Source of the DNA: a virus
Lineage: Duplodnaviria; Caudoviricetes
Virus record (IMG/VR): IMGVR_UViG_3300044533_000356
Span: 1 to 61,942 of that record
Length of the DNA: 61,942 bases
Strand: one strand, 5' to 3'
Shown: positions 1-11,500 of the stretch, one piece after another
Position numbering within the stretch: the first letter of the stretch is position 1
Layout: the number at the start of each line of letters is the position of its first letter
Position numbers and translations under genes: made by a program
Notes under the pieces: model-generated
Told to the model about the DNA's origin: nothing
The model's input: only the letters and a program-made list of their open reading frames with translations
Databases searched by the model: none

Positions 1-990
<990 letters not shown>

Positions 991-994
<4 letters not shown>

Positions 995-1488
995 ACACCC
1001 CTGAATTTGATCGCCTTAACAAGCACGTTCCGCTCTTTCAGCAGTTTCTCCAAGGCGACGCTGACGCGGTGCATTTTGTTGTGCGCGTGTTTCGTGCGTT
1101 GCACATCTGGGACGATCTAATCGACAAAGACAAAACAATTGCGGACGATGAAATTCATGCGGTGTTTTGGGACTTGTTGATCGGGCTACCTGCTGACAAG
1201 TTTTACCAAGCGCATCTAGGCCTGCTCAGCAGCACCCTAATCAACTCCGTAGTGAACTGGCATATTGCCAACAAACTGGAACGCGAAGGCGACGAAAAAG
1301 ATCGTTCAATTGCATTCATTTTGCGCGGCGCATACATCGACGTGCTGTCAGCATCTGCTTTGATTGTTGGTGGTTTGGATTGGGCGCGTGAAATTGGTCC
1401 GGCCATTCGTCGTTGGGCGCATGAAGAGACGTTCGACCAATACCTGACAAACTTTGCAAAAGAATGCGAGGCTCGAAATGCTGATTAA
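991..1488 (+). CDS. Small alpha-helical protein with DDxxD motif (isoprenoid-synthase/prenyltransferase-like, putative)
   Basis: HIWDDLIDKD (DDLID at 1111-1125); ATGA overlap with the upstream gene and overlap with the downstream gene; function is inferred. Confidence 0.55.
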
Positions 1489-3931
1489 GTCCAAACACGA
1501 AGGCTATCAAGCCGGTATTCGCCTGTACCCATGCGACGACGGGGGCGGTGGTGGGCAACCTGCACAAACAACCCAAACCTCGGATTTGCCAGACTGGGCT
1601 AAAGGGTACGCCAAAGATGTACTTGGCAGAGGGCAGGCCCTTACCAGCGCACCATACCAAGCATACCAAGGCGAACGTCAGGCGCAGTTTACGCCGCTGC
1701 AGCAACAAGCATTTCAAGGCGCTGCAAACTTGCAGCCGTCTGCTGCCACAGGGCAGGGCATCAACATTGCCAACCAAGCCGCACAGCGGGCACTGAACAC
1801 AGGCTACAACCCCGGTCAGTTTCAAAACCAATATTACGGCTTTGATCCCTACCAGTCAGGTGAGTTCCAAAACCAATTCCAAGCTCCGGGTCAATACCAG
1901 TCGGGGCAGTTTGGTGCGCAACAAGTCCAAGCACCAAATCTGCAAAACTACCAGATGCAGGGTCCTGCGGACGTAACTTCGCAGACGTACAACGCACCCT
2001 CCATGGGCGCAGCGCAGACAAACTACAACCCCAACCTGCAGAACTACCAGATGCAGGGTCCTGCCGACGTACGTTCGCAGGGGTACAACGCCGCTTCTAT
2101 GCAAGCTGCGCAGTCTGGCTACAACCCCGAATTGCAGACATTTCAGATGGGCCCCGCCGAGCGCGTAGCCGGGCAAGGCTATGACGCTGCCACAATGCAA
2201 GCCGCGCAGACACGCTTTGCACCTGAGCTTGAGCGGTTTCAAATGGGGCCCGCAGAGCGGGTTGATACACAGTCTTTTGCGCAGCCCGGCTCGGCCGATG
2301 CGTACATGTCGCCGTACATGCAAAGTGTGGTGGGTATCCAGCAACGTGAAGCGCAACGCGCCGCAGACATTGCGGGGACGAAGCGCGGCGCAGAGGCTGT
2401 AAAGTCAGGCGCGTTTGGCGGCAGCCGCCAAGCCATTATGGAGGCCGAAGCGGCCCGTAATCTGGCTCAGCAAAAGGGGGACATCCAAGCCACGGGGCTG
2501 CAAGCGGCATTTCAGCAAGCTCAAGGGCAGTTCAACACAGAGCAGCAAGCACGCCTTGCGGCGCAGCAGGCCAACCAACAAGCGGGCCTCACCGTTGGGC
2601 AGCAAAATCTTGCCGCACAACAAGCAACACAGCAGTTGGGTACACAGACAGGACTGCAAGCTGCTTTGGCCAACCTCAGTTCAGAACAACAAACCAACGT
2701 ACAAAACCAAGCGGCGCAGAACCAAGCACGCGGTATGAACGCGCAGCAAGCAATGCAGGCTGCGCTGGCCAACCAGCAGGCCGGTCTTACAGTGGGGCAG
2801 CAAAACCTTGCCTCGCAGCAAGCAACACAGCAACTTGGTGCAGGTCAAATCGGGCTGCAGACATCGCTGGCCAACCTCTCCTCCGCGCAACAGGCGGCGG
2901 TTCAAAACCAAGCTGCGCAGAACCAAGCAATGGGTATGAATGCTCAACAAGCAATGCAAGCAGCGTTGGCAAACCAACAAGCAGGGCTTACTACGGGCCA
3001 GCAAAACTTGGCTGCAAATCTGAGCACGCAGCAGTTGGGCACGCAGACAGGCCTGCAAACCGCTTTGGCTAACTTAAGTTCGGAACAGCAAGCCAACGTC
3101 CAAAACCAAGCGGCGCAGTTGCAGACACAGGGCATGAATGCTCAGCAGGCGATGCAAGCAGCGTTGGCTAACCAGCAAGCCGGGCTTACTACGGGCCAGC
3201 AAAATCTGGCTGCCAACCTCAGCACGCAGCAGCTTGGCGCTGGGCAGAACCTGCAGGCGCAACTCGCTAACCAGCAGCAGGGCATGGAAGCGCAGCGTTT
3301 GGGCGAGCAGTCTCGGCAGTTTGGTGCAGGTCAAGGCCTGACTGCTGCGCAGTTGCAAGCCCAGTTTGGCCTGTCGGCGCAACAAGCAGAAGAAGCCTCA
3401 CGCCAGTTTTCATCCAGCCAAGCAGCGCAGCAAGCCGCGCAAGGTGCACAGTACGGTCAAGCTGCGCAGCAGTTGGCCGAGCAATCACGCCAGTACGGCG
3501 CAGGGCTTGGGCTGCAGGGCATTCAAGCGGCCATGACCGGTGCGGGTCAGCTTGGCTCTTTGGGCAGCCAGCAGTTCAGTCAAGGCATGGATGCAAACCT
3601 GCGCCAGCAACAGTTTGGTACGCAGCAACAGCAGCAAGTGCAATCTATTCTGGGCAATCAGTACCAAGACTTTTTGAACCAGCAACGCGCTCCGTACCAA
3701 CAGTTGGAGTACATGTCTAACTTGCTGCGCGGCACGCCTTCGGGATCGACACAGCAGTTGTACACAGCAGGTCCAAGCGCAGCGTCTCAACTTCTTGGCG
3801 CAGGCACTGCGCTTGGCGGCGCATACCTGATGGGCGGTAGGAAAGAGGGCGGCGTTATCCGCAGCTACGCCAGAGGTGGTAGAGTCAAAAAAGCTGCTGG
3901 TTTGAACGAGCTGGCTTTGTCAAGAATCTGA
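1478..3931 (+). CDS. Gln-rich DNA ejection/pilot protein (P22 gp7-like leader, repeat arrays)
   Basis: ATG 1478 preceded by GAGG; MLIKSKHEGYQAGIRLYPCDDGGGGG start; GAFGGSRQA motif; 32-aa and 66-aa repeats; hydrophobic Gly-rich C-terminus. Confidence 0.7.
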   Translation: MLIKSKHEGYQAGIRLYPCDDGGGGGQPAQTTQTSDLPDWAKGYAKDVLGRGQALTSAPYQAYQGERQAQFTPLQQQAFQGAANLQPSAATGQGINIANQAAQRALNTGYNPGQFQNQYYGFDPYQSGEFQNQFQAPGQYQSGQFGAQQVQAPNLQNYQMQGPADVTSQTYNAPSMGAAQTNYNPNLQNYQMQGPADVRSQGYNAASMQAAQSGYNPELQTFQMGPAERVAGQGYDAATMQAAQTRFAPELERFQMGPAERVDTQSFAQPGSADAYMSPYMQSVVGIQQREAQRAADIAGTKRGAEAVKSGAFGGSRQAIMEAEAARNLAQQKGDIQATGLQAAFQQAQGQFNTEQQARLAAQQANQQAGLTVGQQNLAAQQATQQLGTQTGLQAALANLSSEQQTNVQNQAAQNQARGMNAQQAMQAALANQQAGLTVGQQNLASQQATQQLGAGQIGLQTSLANLSSAQQAAVQNQAAQNQAMGMNAQQAMQAALANQQAGLTTGQQNLAANLSTQQLGTQTGLQTALANLSSEQQANVQNQAAQLQTQGMNAQQAMQAALANQQAGLTTGQQNLAANLSTQQLGAGQNLQAQLANQQQGMEAQRLGEQSRQFGAGQGLTAAQLQAQFGLSAQQAEEASRQFSSSQAAQQAAQGAQYGQAAQQLAEQSRQYGAGLGLQGIQAAMTGAGQLGSLGSQQFSQGMDANLRQQQFGTQQQQQVQSILGNQYQDFLNQQRAPYQQLEYMSNLLRGTPSGSTQQLYTAGPSAASQLLGAGTALGGAYLMGGRKEGGVIRSYARGGRVKKAAGLNELALSRI
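1931..2280 (+). repeat. About four intragenic 32-aa (96 bp) repeats (PNLQNYQMQGPADV / PELQTFQMGPAERV)
   Basis: Units start near 1934 and 2030 (96 bp apart) and continue degenerately. Confidence 0.85.
2570..3280 (+). repeat. About 3.5 intragenic 66-aa repeats (6 x 11-aa hendecads)
   Basis: ANQQAGLT units start at 2570, 2768, 2969 and 3167 (198/201/198 bp spacing). Confidence 0.9.
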
Positions 3932-3939
3932 GGTAGACC

Positions 3940-5517
3940 ATGATCGATGTCAATAAAATTACCTCCATGCTGGCAAAGCTGGGGGACCCGCAACTGCAGC
4001 AGTACGCGCAGATGCACAAGAACGACCCGTACATCATGTCGCTGGCCATGTCGGAGTCCAACCGCCGCAAAGAAGTGCGTTCTGCTGGCCAAGGCGCTCA
4101 GGGTATGCAGGAGCAACCCAAGGTTGTTGATAGCGAAATTGCCCAGATGGCTCCCCAGCAGTTGCCAGAAGACATGGGCATTGGCCAGCTCCCCGCAGGC
4201 AACATGGACTTTGCAAGCGGCGGCATCATTGCGTTTGCTGACGGCGGCGATGTTGAGCGGTATCAGTCCGGAGGCATGAGCTTTATTGACCGGTTAACTT
4301 ACGGGAACATTACCCCTGCCGAACGTGCACGCCGAGAAAAACTGCAGGCCGAAGCGAACGCAGGCCGCTTGCCCACCCCGTACGAACAAGAACGTGCGGC
4401 CAATATGGCAAAGGTATCAGCCGGTAGTACCTACACGCCAGAAGCCTACGGCGTGACTGCGCCTGCTCCTCTTTACCAAAACCCTCGCCGAATGGACCCA
4501 CCTCCTGCCGTACCTGCGGCAGACAACAAAGCCGCGCCCACTGTCGATCCTACCCGCCGTGCTGGTCCCGGTGCGGGTCCTGCTACCGAGCCTGTTGCTG
4601 GCCCTTCTGCTAAGCCAGATACAGGTGGCCTCGACACGTTGATGGCGGAATACGAACGCAAGCAGGACCTTGCAAAAGGTGCATCCAAAAACGCTGACGT
4701 TCAATACGCCAGCAGCCTTAGAGGCGAAGCTACAAAATTGGTGGCGGATGAGGAAAAACGGATCAAGGACCAGATTGATCCGTACAAAGACCGCGAGATC
4801 CGTTTGCTTAAACAAGAAAAAGGGCTTGAGGGTATGGGCGACAAGTACCTCGGCTTGGCCCTGCTGCAAGCAGGCGCTGCAATGATGACAACGCCGGGGG
4901 GTGTTGGGGTGGCGTTGGGTAAAGGCGTGCAGGTCGGAAGCGAACGCTACATTGCGGGTATTGACAAGATCAACGCAGCCAAGGATAAGTTCGCCGAAGC
5001 CCGTGACCGTCTGGACGACCTGCGCTTGAACCGCAGCGATATGAACGCCCGTGACATAAGAGCCGCTAAAACAGAAGCGCGTACGCTCGAACGGCAGGCC
5101 GAAGCACTGTTCTACACAGGTGCCAAAGAAGACCTAAAAATGACAGACAAGAACCTCACAGCCCTGTTGGGCGTTGCTGCGGATGACCTTAAGACAACTC
5201 GCCAGATTGATGCCGAACGCGCAAACGTACTGACCCGCGAAGGCGGGGCAAATGCCCGTGCTGGGCGCAACCAACAGTTAGAAGTACTGCAAGCCGTTAG
5301 CAAGGACCCCACACTGGCCGCAGCGTACAAGGCGATGCACGGCAAAGGCGAAGATGTCATGGGCCAGTACAACGATTTCTTAAAAGCAAATCCTGCTCTG
5401 GCAATGGACCCTAAAGCCGCGTTTACGCAATTCTTGATGACAAAATCCGCGTTTGCGCAACTAGGCGCTCCCACCGTAACGGATAAAGCTGCTGGACCTG
5501 TTCGCAAACAGCCTTAA
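3940..5517 (+). CDS. Internal virion/ejection protein (525 aa)
   Basis: Position between ejection genes; FASGG/FADGG/YQSGG motifs; hydrophobic GLALLQAGAAMM segment; helical C-terminus. Confidence 0.6.
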   Translation: MIDVNKITSMLAKLGDPQLQQYAQMHKNDPYIMSLAMSESNRRKEVRSAGQGAQGMQEQPKVVDSEIAQMAPQQLPEDMGIGQLPAGNMDFASGGIIAFADGGDVERYQSGGMSFIDRLTYGNITPAERARREKLQAEANAGRLPTPYEQERAANMAKVSAGSTYTPEAYGVTAPAPLYQNPRRMDPPPAVPAADNKAAPTVDPTRRAGPGAGPATEPVAGPSAKPDTGGLDTLMAEYERKQDLAKGASKNADVQYASSLRGEATKLVADEEKRIKDQIDPYKDREIRLLKQEKGLEGMGDKYLGLALLQAGAAMMTTPGGVGVALGKGVQVGSERYIAGIDKINAAKDKFAEARDRLDDLRLNRSDMNARDIRAAKTEARTLERQAEALFYTGAKEDLKMTDKNLTALLGVAADDLKTTRQIDAERANVLTREGGANARAGRNQQLEVLQAVSKDPTLAAAYKAMHGKGEDVMGQYNDFLKANPALAMDPKAAFTQFLMTKSAFAQLGAPTVTDKAAGPVRKQP

Positions 5518-5570
5518 AATGCGGGGACGTGCCCACCTTACGGGCACACACACAATTCGGAACACTTGCC

Positions 5571-8500
5571 ATGGCCAAATATCTGACCCTCCCTGACGGT
5601 TCTTCGTTTGAAATGAAGGAGGGGCAGAGTCCCACCGAAGCCATGCAAGTGGCGATCCAGATGTACCCCGATGCTTTCGGCTTTGGGGCAAAAGAACCGT
5701 CTCAAGACACCAAGGGTTTCAAAGCTGCCGCAGCCGCAGGCTTTGAGCGTCTCAAAGGCGAGACTGCCCTGACTGCCGGTAAGTTGGGCCTGATGGACGT
5801 GGCGGAAGCCGAGAAGTACCAGAAGGAAAAAGAAGCCGCTGCTCAAAAGCGCTTCACCCCCACCGAAGAAGGCTGGACCGAAGCCCCGTTCCAGAAGTTC
5901 AAAGAGACGCTTGGCGGCTCCGTGCCGTACATGCTGGCTCCCGTAGCCGCTGGCGCTACTGCGCTGGCGCTCCCCGCCGCTGCCCCTGCTGTTGCTATCG
6001 GCGCAGGTTTGGCAGGCTTGGCTTCCGCTGGGCAGTTTACGGGCACCAACTTGGCCCGTCAGATGGAGACAGGCAAGACGCTTGAGCAGACCGACCTCGG
6101 TAAAGCCGTAGGCGCTGCCATTCCCCAAGCTGCAATAGATACCGCCGCCATGGCCTTGCTGCCCGGTGTTGGTAAGCTGTTTGGTTCCGTGGGGTCAAAG
6201 CTGACAACTGAGCAAGCCAAAGCAATTGCCAGCCAGACGCTGGGTAAAGCTGCTATGGACTACACCGCCAAAACGGGTATGGCCATGGGCCGCGAAGGTT
6301 TGACCGAAGTTGCGCAGCAGTCGCTTGAGCGTTTGCAAGCAGGGCTGGAGATTGCGGACCCAGAAGCCCGCAAAGAGTACATTGACAGCTTCATTGGCGG
6401 TGCCGCCCTTGCTGGCGCTGGCGCACCTATTGGCCGCGCATTTGAGCGCAGCGGTGCCAAGAAACAAGCCGCACAAGCAGAGCAGGACGAGCAGGCCAAG
6501 GCAGCGGCCGCAGCCGAAGAGGCTAAAAACTCTCCTGATGCCCTGCGCCAACTGGACACCGAGTTCCGCACAGCGGATCAACAACTCAAAGCATTGAACG
6601 CGCAGCTCACGGAGAGCAAGCCCAAGAAGGGGGCGACCGATGAGGAAAAGCAAGCCTATGACGCGCTCAAAGCGCAGCGCGATGAGCTGCTGACCACTTA
6701 CAAACCCCTGCGCCAAGAGTTCATGCAGCGCAAGAGCGCCATCGACGATATGCAAACGGCCGAACAGTCGGCAATTGAGGTTGCTGCAGCGCAAGGTCAG
6801 GCTGCGGCAAAGCTGCCACTGCCTTCGGACATCCCAGACGCACAGCCGTTCCAGTTGTCAGACACCTCTCGTTTGATGAACGACTACGACACCATGCGCG
6901 GTCAAGTGGCAACGCTGGAGCAGCAACTGGCCGCAGGCCCTGATCTGGATACCCAGACACAACTGACGCAGCAGCGCGGGCAGCTCATGGCGCGTATGGA
7001 GGAGATGGCTCCGGTCATTGAGGAGCGTGGCGGGGTCACCGACACCGAGCCGGAGTTTGCCAAGAAGATGGCTGCAGCCGAGAAAGAGCGCCTGCGCCTG
7101 CTTGAGATTGGTGACTTTGATGCTGCAGCGCAGCAAGCAGAAAAGGTGCGTGATTTGCAAACACGCGCCCCCTTCCTGCAAGAGCTGAACGACTTCCGCA
7201 CAAAAGCAGGGCAGAACCGTGAGTTGTTTGCAGAAGCTCCGGCCCCAGCAGAAACAAAGACAGACGCCCAACTCAAACAGCAAACGCTGCAAGAAGAGCA
7301 GCAACGTGCGTTGTACGGCCCAGAGTCGAAGAAGGCATCGGCAGAGCAAGCTTTTGGGGAAGCTGAAACGGGGCCTCGCGGTCAACTGGAGCTGGCCACG
7401 CCCATGCCTGAGCCTACCGCACAGACAGGCATCAAGCCAAAGCAGTTGGCGTTGGTGGAGGAGACAAACGAAAAAGTAGCCGCAGCGCAAATTGCTTTGA
7501 CCGACGCGGCCAAGACCAAAGACACGCAAGCTATTTACGCTGCCGCTGACGCGCTCAACCAAGCACAGGGCGAGGGCTCTCGTGCACAAGACGAAGTGGG
7601 CCGGGGGCTGTTTCGTCCCGTGGTGCTGGACTTGTTCAGCCCGTCCAACATCATGAACACCGCCATTCAGAACGGCGACACCAAACTCATCAACGACATC
7701 GCTACCCATGCCGATACTACGGCGCTGCGGGCAGCCCTCAACCAGAACCTCAGTGAGCGCGAGAAGCTGGTCAACGTGTTGGAGAACCGCGCTGGTGTTG
7801 GTGGTGATGAAAAAGCCATCGACCCCCGTACCGGCAAGCCCGGCGAGAGGCTCAAGAGCGTCAAACGCGAACGCGCTGACTTGTTCTCCAAACTGTACGA
7901 CAACGAAGAACGCGCTAAATTTACAAACGGAACCAACTTAGAAGTCATCAAAAAGCCACGCACTGAGCTTGTGCAAGAGTTTCAGAGGGACAAAAAAGGT
8001 GAAGTTGTTTTGGGCGAAGACGGTAAGCCGGTTGTTGTCAAGCAATACGAAAAACCTGTCCTTGATAAAAATGGCCGACCCGTTGTAGACACCGTTCGCT
8101 TGCAAGACATTTATGACCAAGGCGGCCCCGCCGCTGTCGAGTACGAGCGCGTCATGCAAGACGTTGAGGACCTGTCCAAGAAGGTCACGACCAAGCAAGG
8201 CAACGCCAAGAAGTCTCTGTACGAGCAGCTCATTGATTTGGCTGCGCAGCACTCTGCGTTGGTGGCGCAACTGGAGTCTGGTGTTGCTACGCCTAACCTG
8301 CGCGAGAAGACTGCCGCACTGCAAGCCAAGGTTGGTAAGGGCGAAGCCCCCGCTGCGCGTCAGATGGATGCCAAGGAAAAGTTTGACCTCCAGCGCCGCA
8401 TCGACACGCTGGTTAACAAGTACCGCCTGACCGAAGGCCAGATTGCTCCCATCCGCGAGCAAATCACCAAGTTGTACAACAGCTTGTACAAAACCACGCC

Positions 8501-11500
8501 GCTTGAGAAGACCAGCACCATTGCTGAACGCCGCGCCCGTGAGTCTGATGAAGCTGCTAAAGGGCCGAAAGCTAAGTCCCGTACCGCCGCTACTGCTACA
8601 CGTATTGCCAAGGGCGATGTGCGCAAAGAAGCGGAGACCTCGCAGAAGATGCGCGATCTGGCGCGTGATTTGGGCACAGCGGAGGCAGAGTACAAAAAGT
8701 TTGAGAAGGCCCAGACCGATCGTTACACCAAACTCAAAGAGAAGTACGGCAGGTTTGATCCTGCTGTGGCCGAGTTCCAGCGCGGCATGGCGGAACAGTT
8801 GACAGACAAAGCAATCGAGCTGGGTAAGACTACGCCGGAGTACAAGGCCACGCTGAAAGAACAGATCGAGTACGTTAAAGGCGCACTGGCCCAGAGCAAG
8901 CAGACAATTCCAAATAAGCGCACAGGGCCAGTTACGCGCACGCAGTCCGCAGCACCCAAGCGATTGGTCAGTTCCTCCCCCGAAAGCCGCGCACAGACGG
9001 ATATTGAAGACCGCGCAGTGCGCCTGCGTCGTGGTTCACTCAAGGATATGCAGGAGGGTATCGATTCTGAAAAGTACGGCACTGCCTACCGTTTGAAAGA
9101 GAGCGAGTCCGACGTCACTGTTGATGCTGCCGAAGCGCAGAAAGTCATCGACGGCTTAAACCTGCCCAAGAACGTCAAGTTTGTCTACGCTCCTACAGCA
9201 CGGCAAGTACCCGTAAAACTGCTGAACACGTTGGCCAAAGACAAAGTAGACGTAGGCGATGTTCGCGGAGCGGTGTTCCCAGATGGCACGGTGCTGGTGA
9301 TTGGCGAGAACCACGACAGCGTAGCAGCAGTCGAGGAAACGATTGCGCACGAGCTTATCGGCCATTATGGCGTGGATACGCTGATCGGTATGGAGCGCTT
9401 GAACGAGTTTGCCAAGAACACAGACGTGATTGGTCTGGCTGAAAAGCTGGGCGGCAAAGCGCTGGTTTCCGAAATAATGCACACGGTTCGCGCCAATGCC
9501 GACCTTGGCCGCAGTGAAGAAGTGCAAAAACTGCAAGCTCTGCGCGAGATTATTGCGCACACAGAAGAAGCGAAGATCACCGCATCGTTCCGCGACAAGG
9601 CAGCGCAGTGGCTCAAAGAGTTGGTGGGTATGGTGCGTGCAGGGCTGCGCGAAAAAGGTCTTATGAATTTGGCCCAGCTGTCCACATCGGACGTGTTTTA
9701 CATCCTCAAGAAATCCCGCAAAGCGTTTGAGAACAAGACGATCGGGGCGTACCGCGATGGTGCAGGTAAAACGGCTTTCCGCTTGCGCAAGCAAGAAAGC
9801 GAGTACGGTGTCGGCCGTCCTGCCGGGGTCATGGACACTCTGGTGGGTAACATGCTGGGCGTTGCCGGGCGTGTGCAGTTCATCGACCAGTACGCCGCTT
9901 TGGAAACCGCTACTAAGAAGGGTTTGAGCGCAGGCGTCATCAGCAGTCTTGAGGCTACCAACGCCAACTACCTGCTGCGCTTTGGCCAGCAACGCAGCCA
10001 GTTTGCAGGTCAGTTTCTGACCAACGGCCCGGTCAAGGCAGAGATTACGCGCAAGGACGGCGGTACTGAAACGCTGTACCGCAGCACCAAGGGCACATCC
10101 ATGGTGGACGTGGCCAAGAAGCTCAATGAAGCCAAGCTGGGCAACGACACTGAGCAAGAGGACATGTTTACTCTGTATCTGGCGGGTGAGCGTGCAAAGC
10201 AGGTTGGCTGGGACAAGCTGAACTACGAAAACCCAGCGGATGCCAAAGCCAAGTACACCAAGATGCTGGCGCGGTTAAGCACCAGCGAAAAAGCTGAGAC
10301 CGCATTTAAAGAAGCGGCTAAGTTGTATCAACAGTACAACGCAGGCTTGCTGGACTTCCTTGCGCAGACAGGCGCGTTGTCTGACAAGAAAGTAGCGGAG
10401 CTCAAAGCGATAAGCTACGTGCCGTTCTACCGCATCAATGGCAACGGCGAAGTGCAGTTGATGGTGGACAAAGAGCGCCCAGTGCGGATTGCCAACATCA
10501 AGGATCAGCCGCAGCTCAAGGAGTTGGTTGGCGGTAACACAGAGATCATGCCGATCTTTACCAGCGCTGCGCAAAACACGTTCATGATTACCGGCATGGG
10601 CTTGCGCAACCAAGCGGTGAAGGAGACCTCTTTCATGCTGCAAAAGCTCGGCATTGCCAGCCGCGTATCGTCGGGCAACGGGCCCACAGGGGCCAACGTG
10701 GTGCGCTTCTTCAAGAAGGGCGAGCCGTACTACGCGCTGATTGACACCGACGCTTACGGCGTACCCGCTGAGTTGATTGTGCGCGGCATGGAGGGTATCA
10801 AGACCACGCTGCCTGCCGTCATCAAACTTATGGGTATTCCTGCCAACATCTTGCGCTCGTTTGTTGTGCGTAACCCTGCCTACGCTGTGCGCCAGATCAT
10901 CCGCGACCCGCTCAACGCATGGATGACAACGGGTACTGACGCTGTGCCTGTGCTCTCGTCCATGAAAGAGCTGGCCAAAATGGTCGCTGGCCGAAGTGAT
11001 GCCGAGCGCAAACTCATGGAGACAGGTGCGATCAGCAGCAACGTCTACAGCGGCGACGATCAGGACATGGCCAAGTTCCTCAAAGACATGTCGGCAGGCA
11101 AGTCAGGTTGGGACAAAGCCACCGCGATGCTGGACACGTTTGCGCTGCAGGGCGATGCCGCCACACGAGCTGTTATCTACAAGGACTCGCTGGCCAAAGG
11201 CATGTCGGAGCAAGAAGCTCTGCTGCGAACACTGGAGTCGATGAACTTCAGCCGCCGTGGCGTGTCGCCAAGTATGCAGGCGCTGTCTACCCTGATCCCG
11301 TTCTTTAACGCACAGGTGCAGGGTCTGGACGTTATTTACCGCGCCATGAAAGGCGACATGCCTTACAGCCAGCAGCTCGACATCCGGGGCAAAATGGTGC
11401 GCCGTGGTTTGATGCTGGCCGCAGGCACGATTGCCTACGCTGCCATGATGGAGGACGACGAAGCCTACAAACGCGCCAAGCCTGAAGAGCGCCTTGCCAA

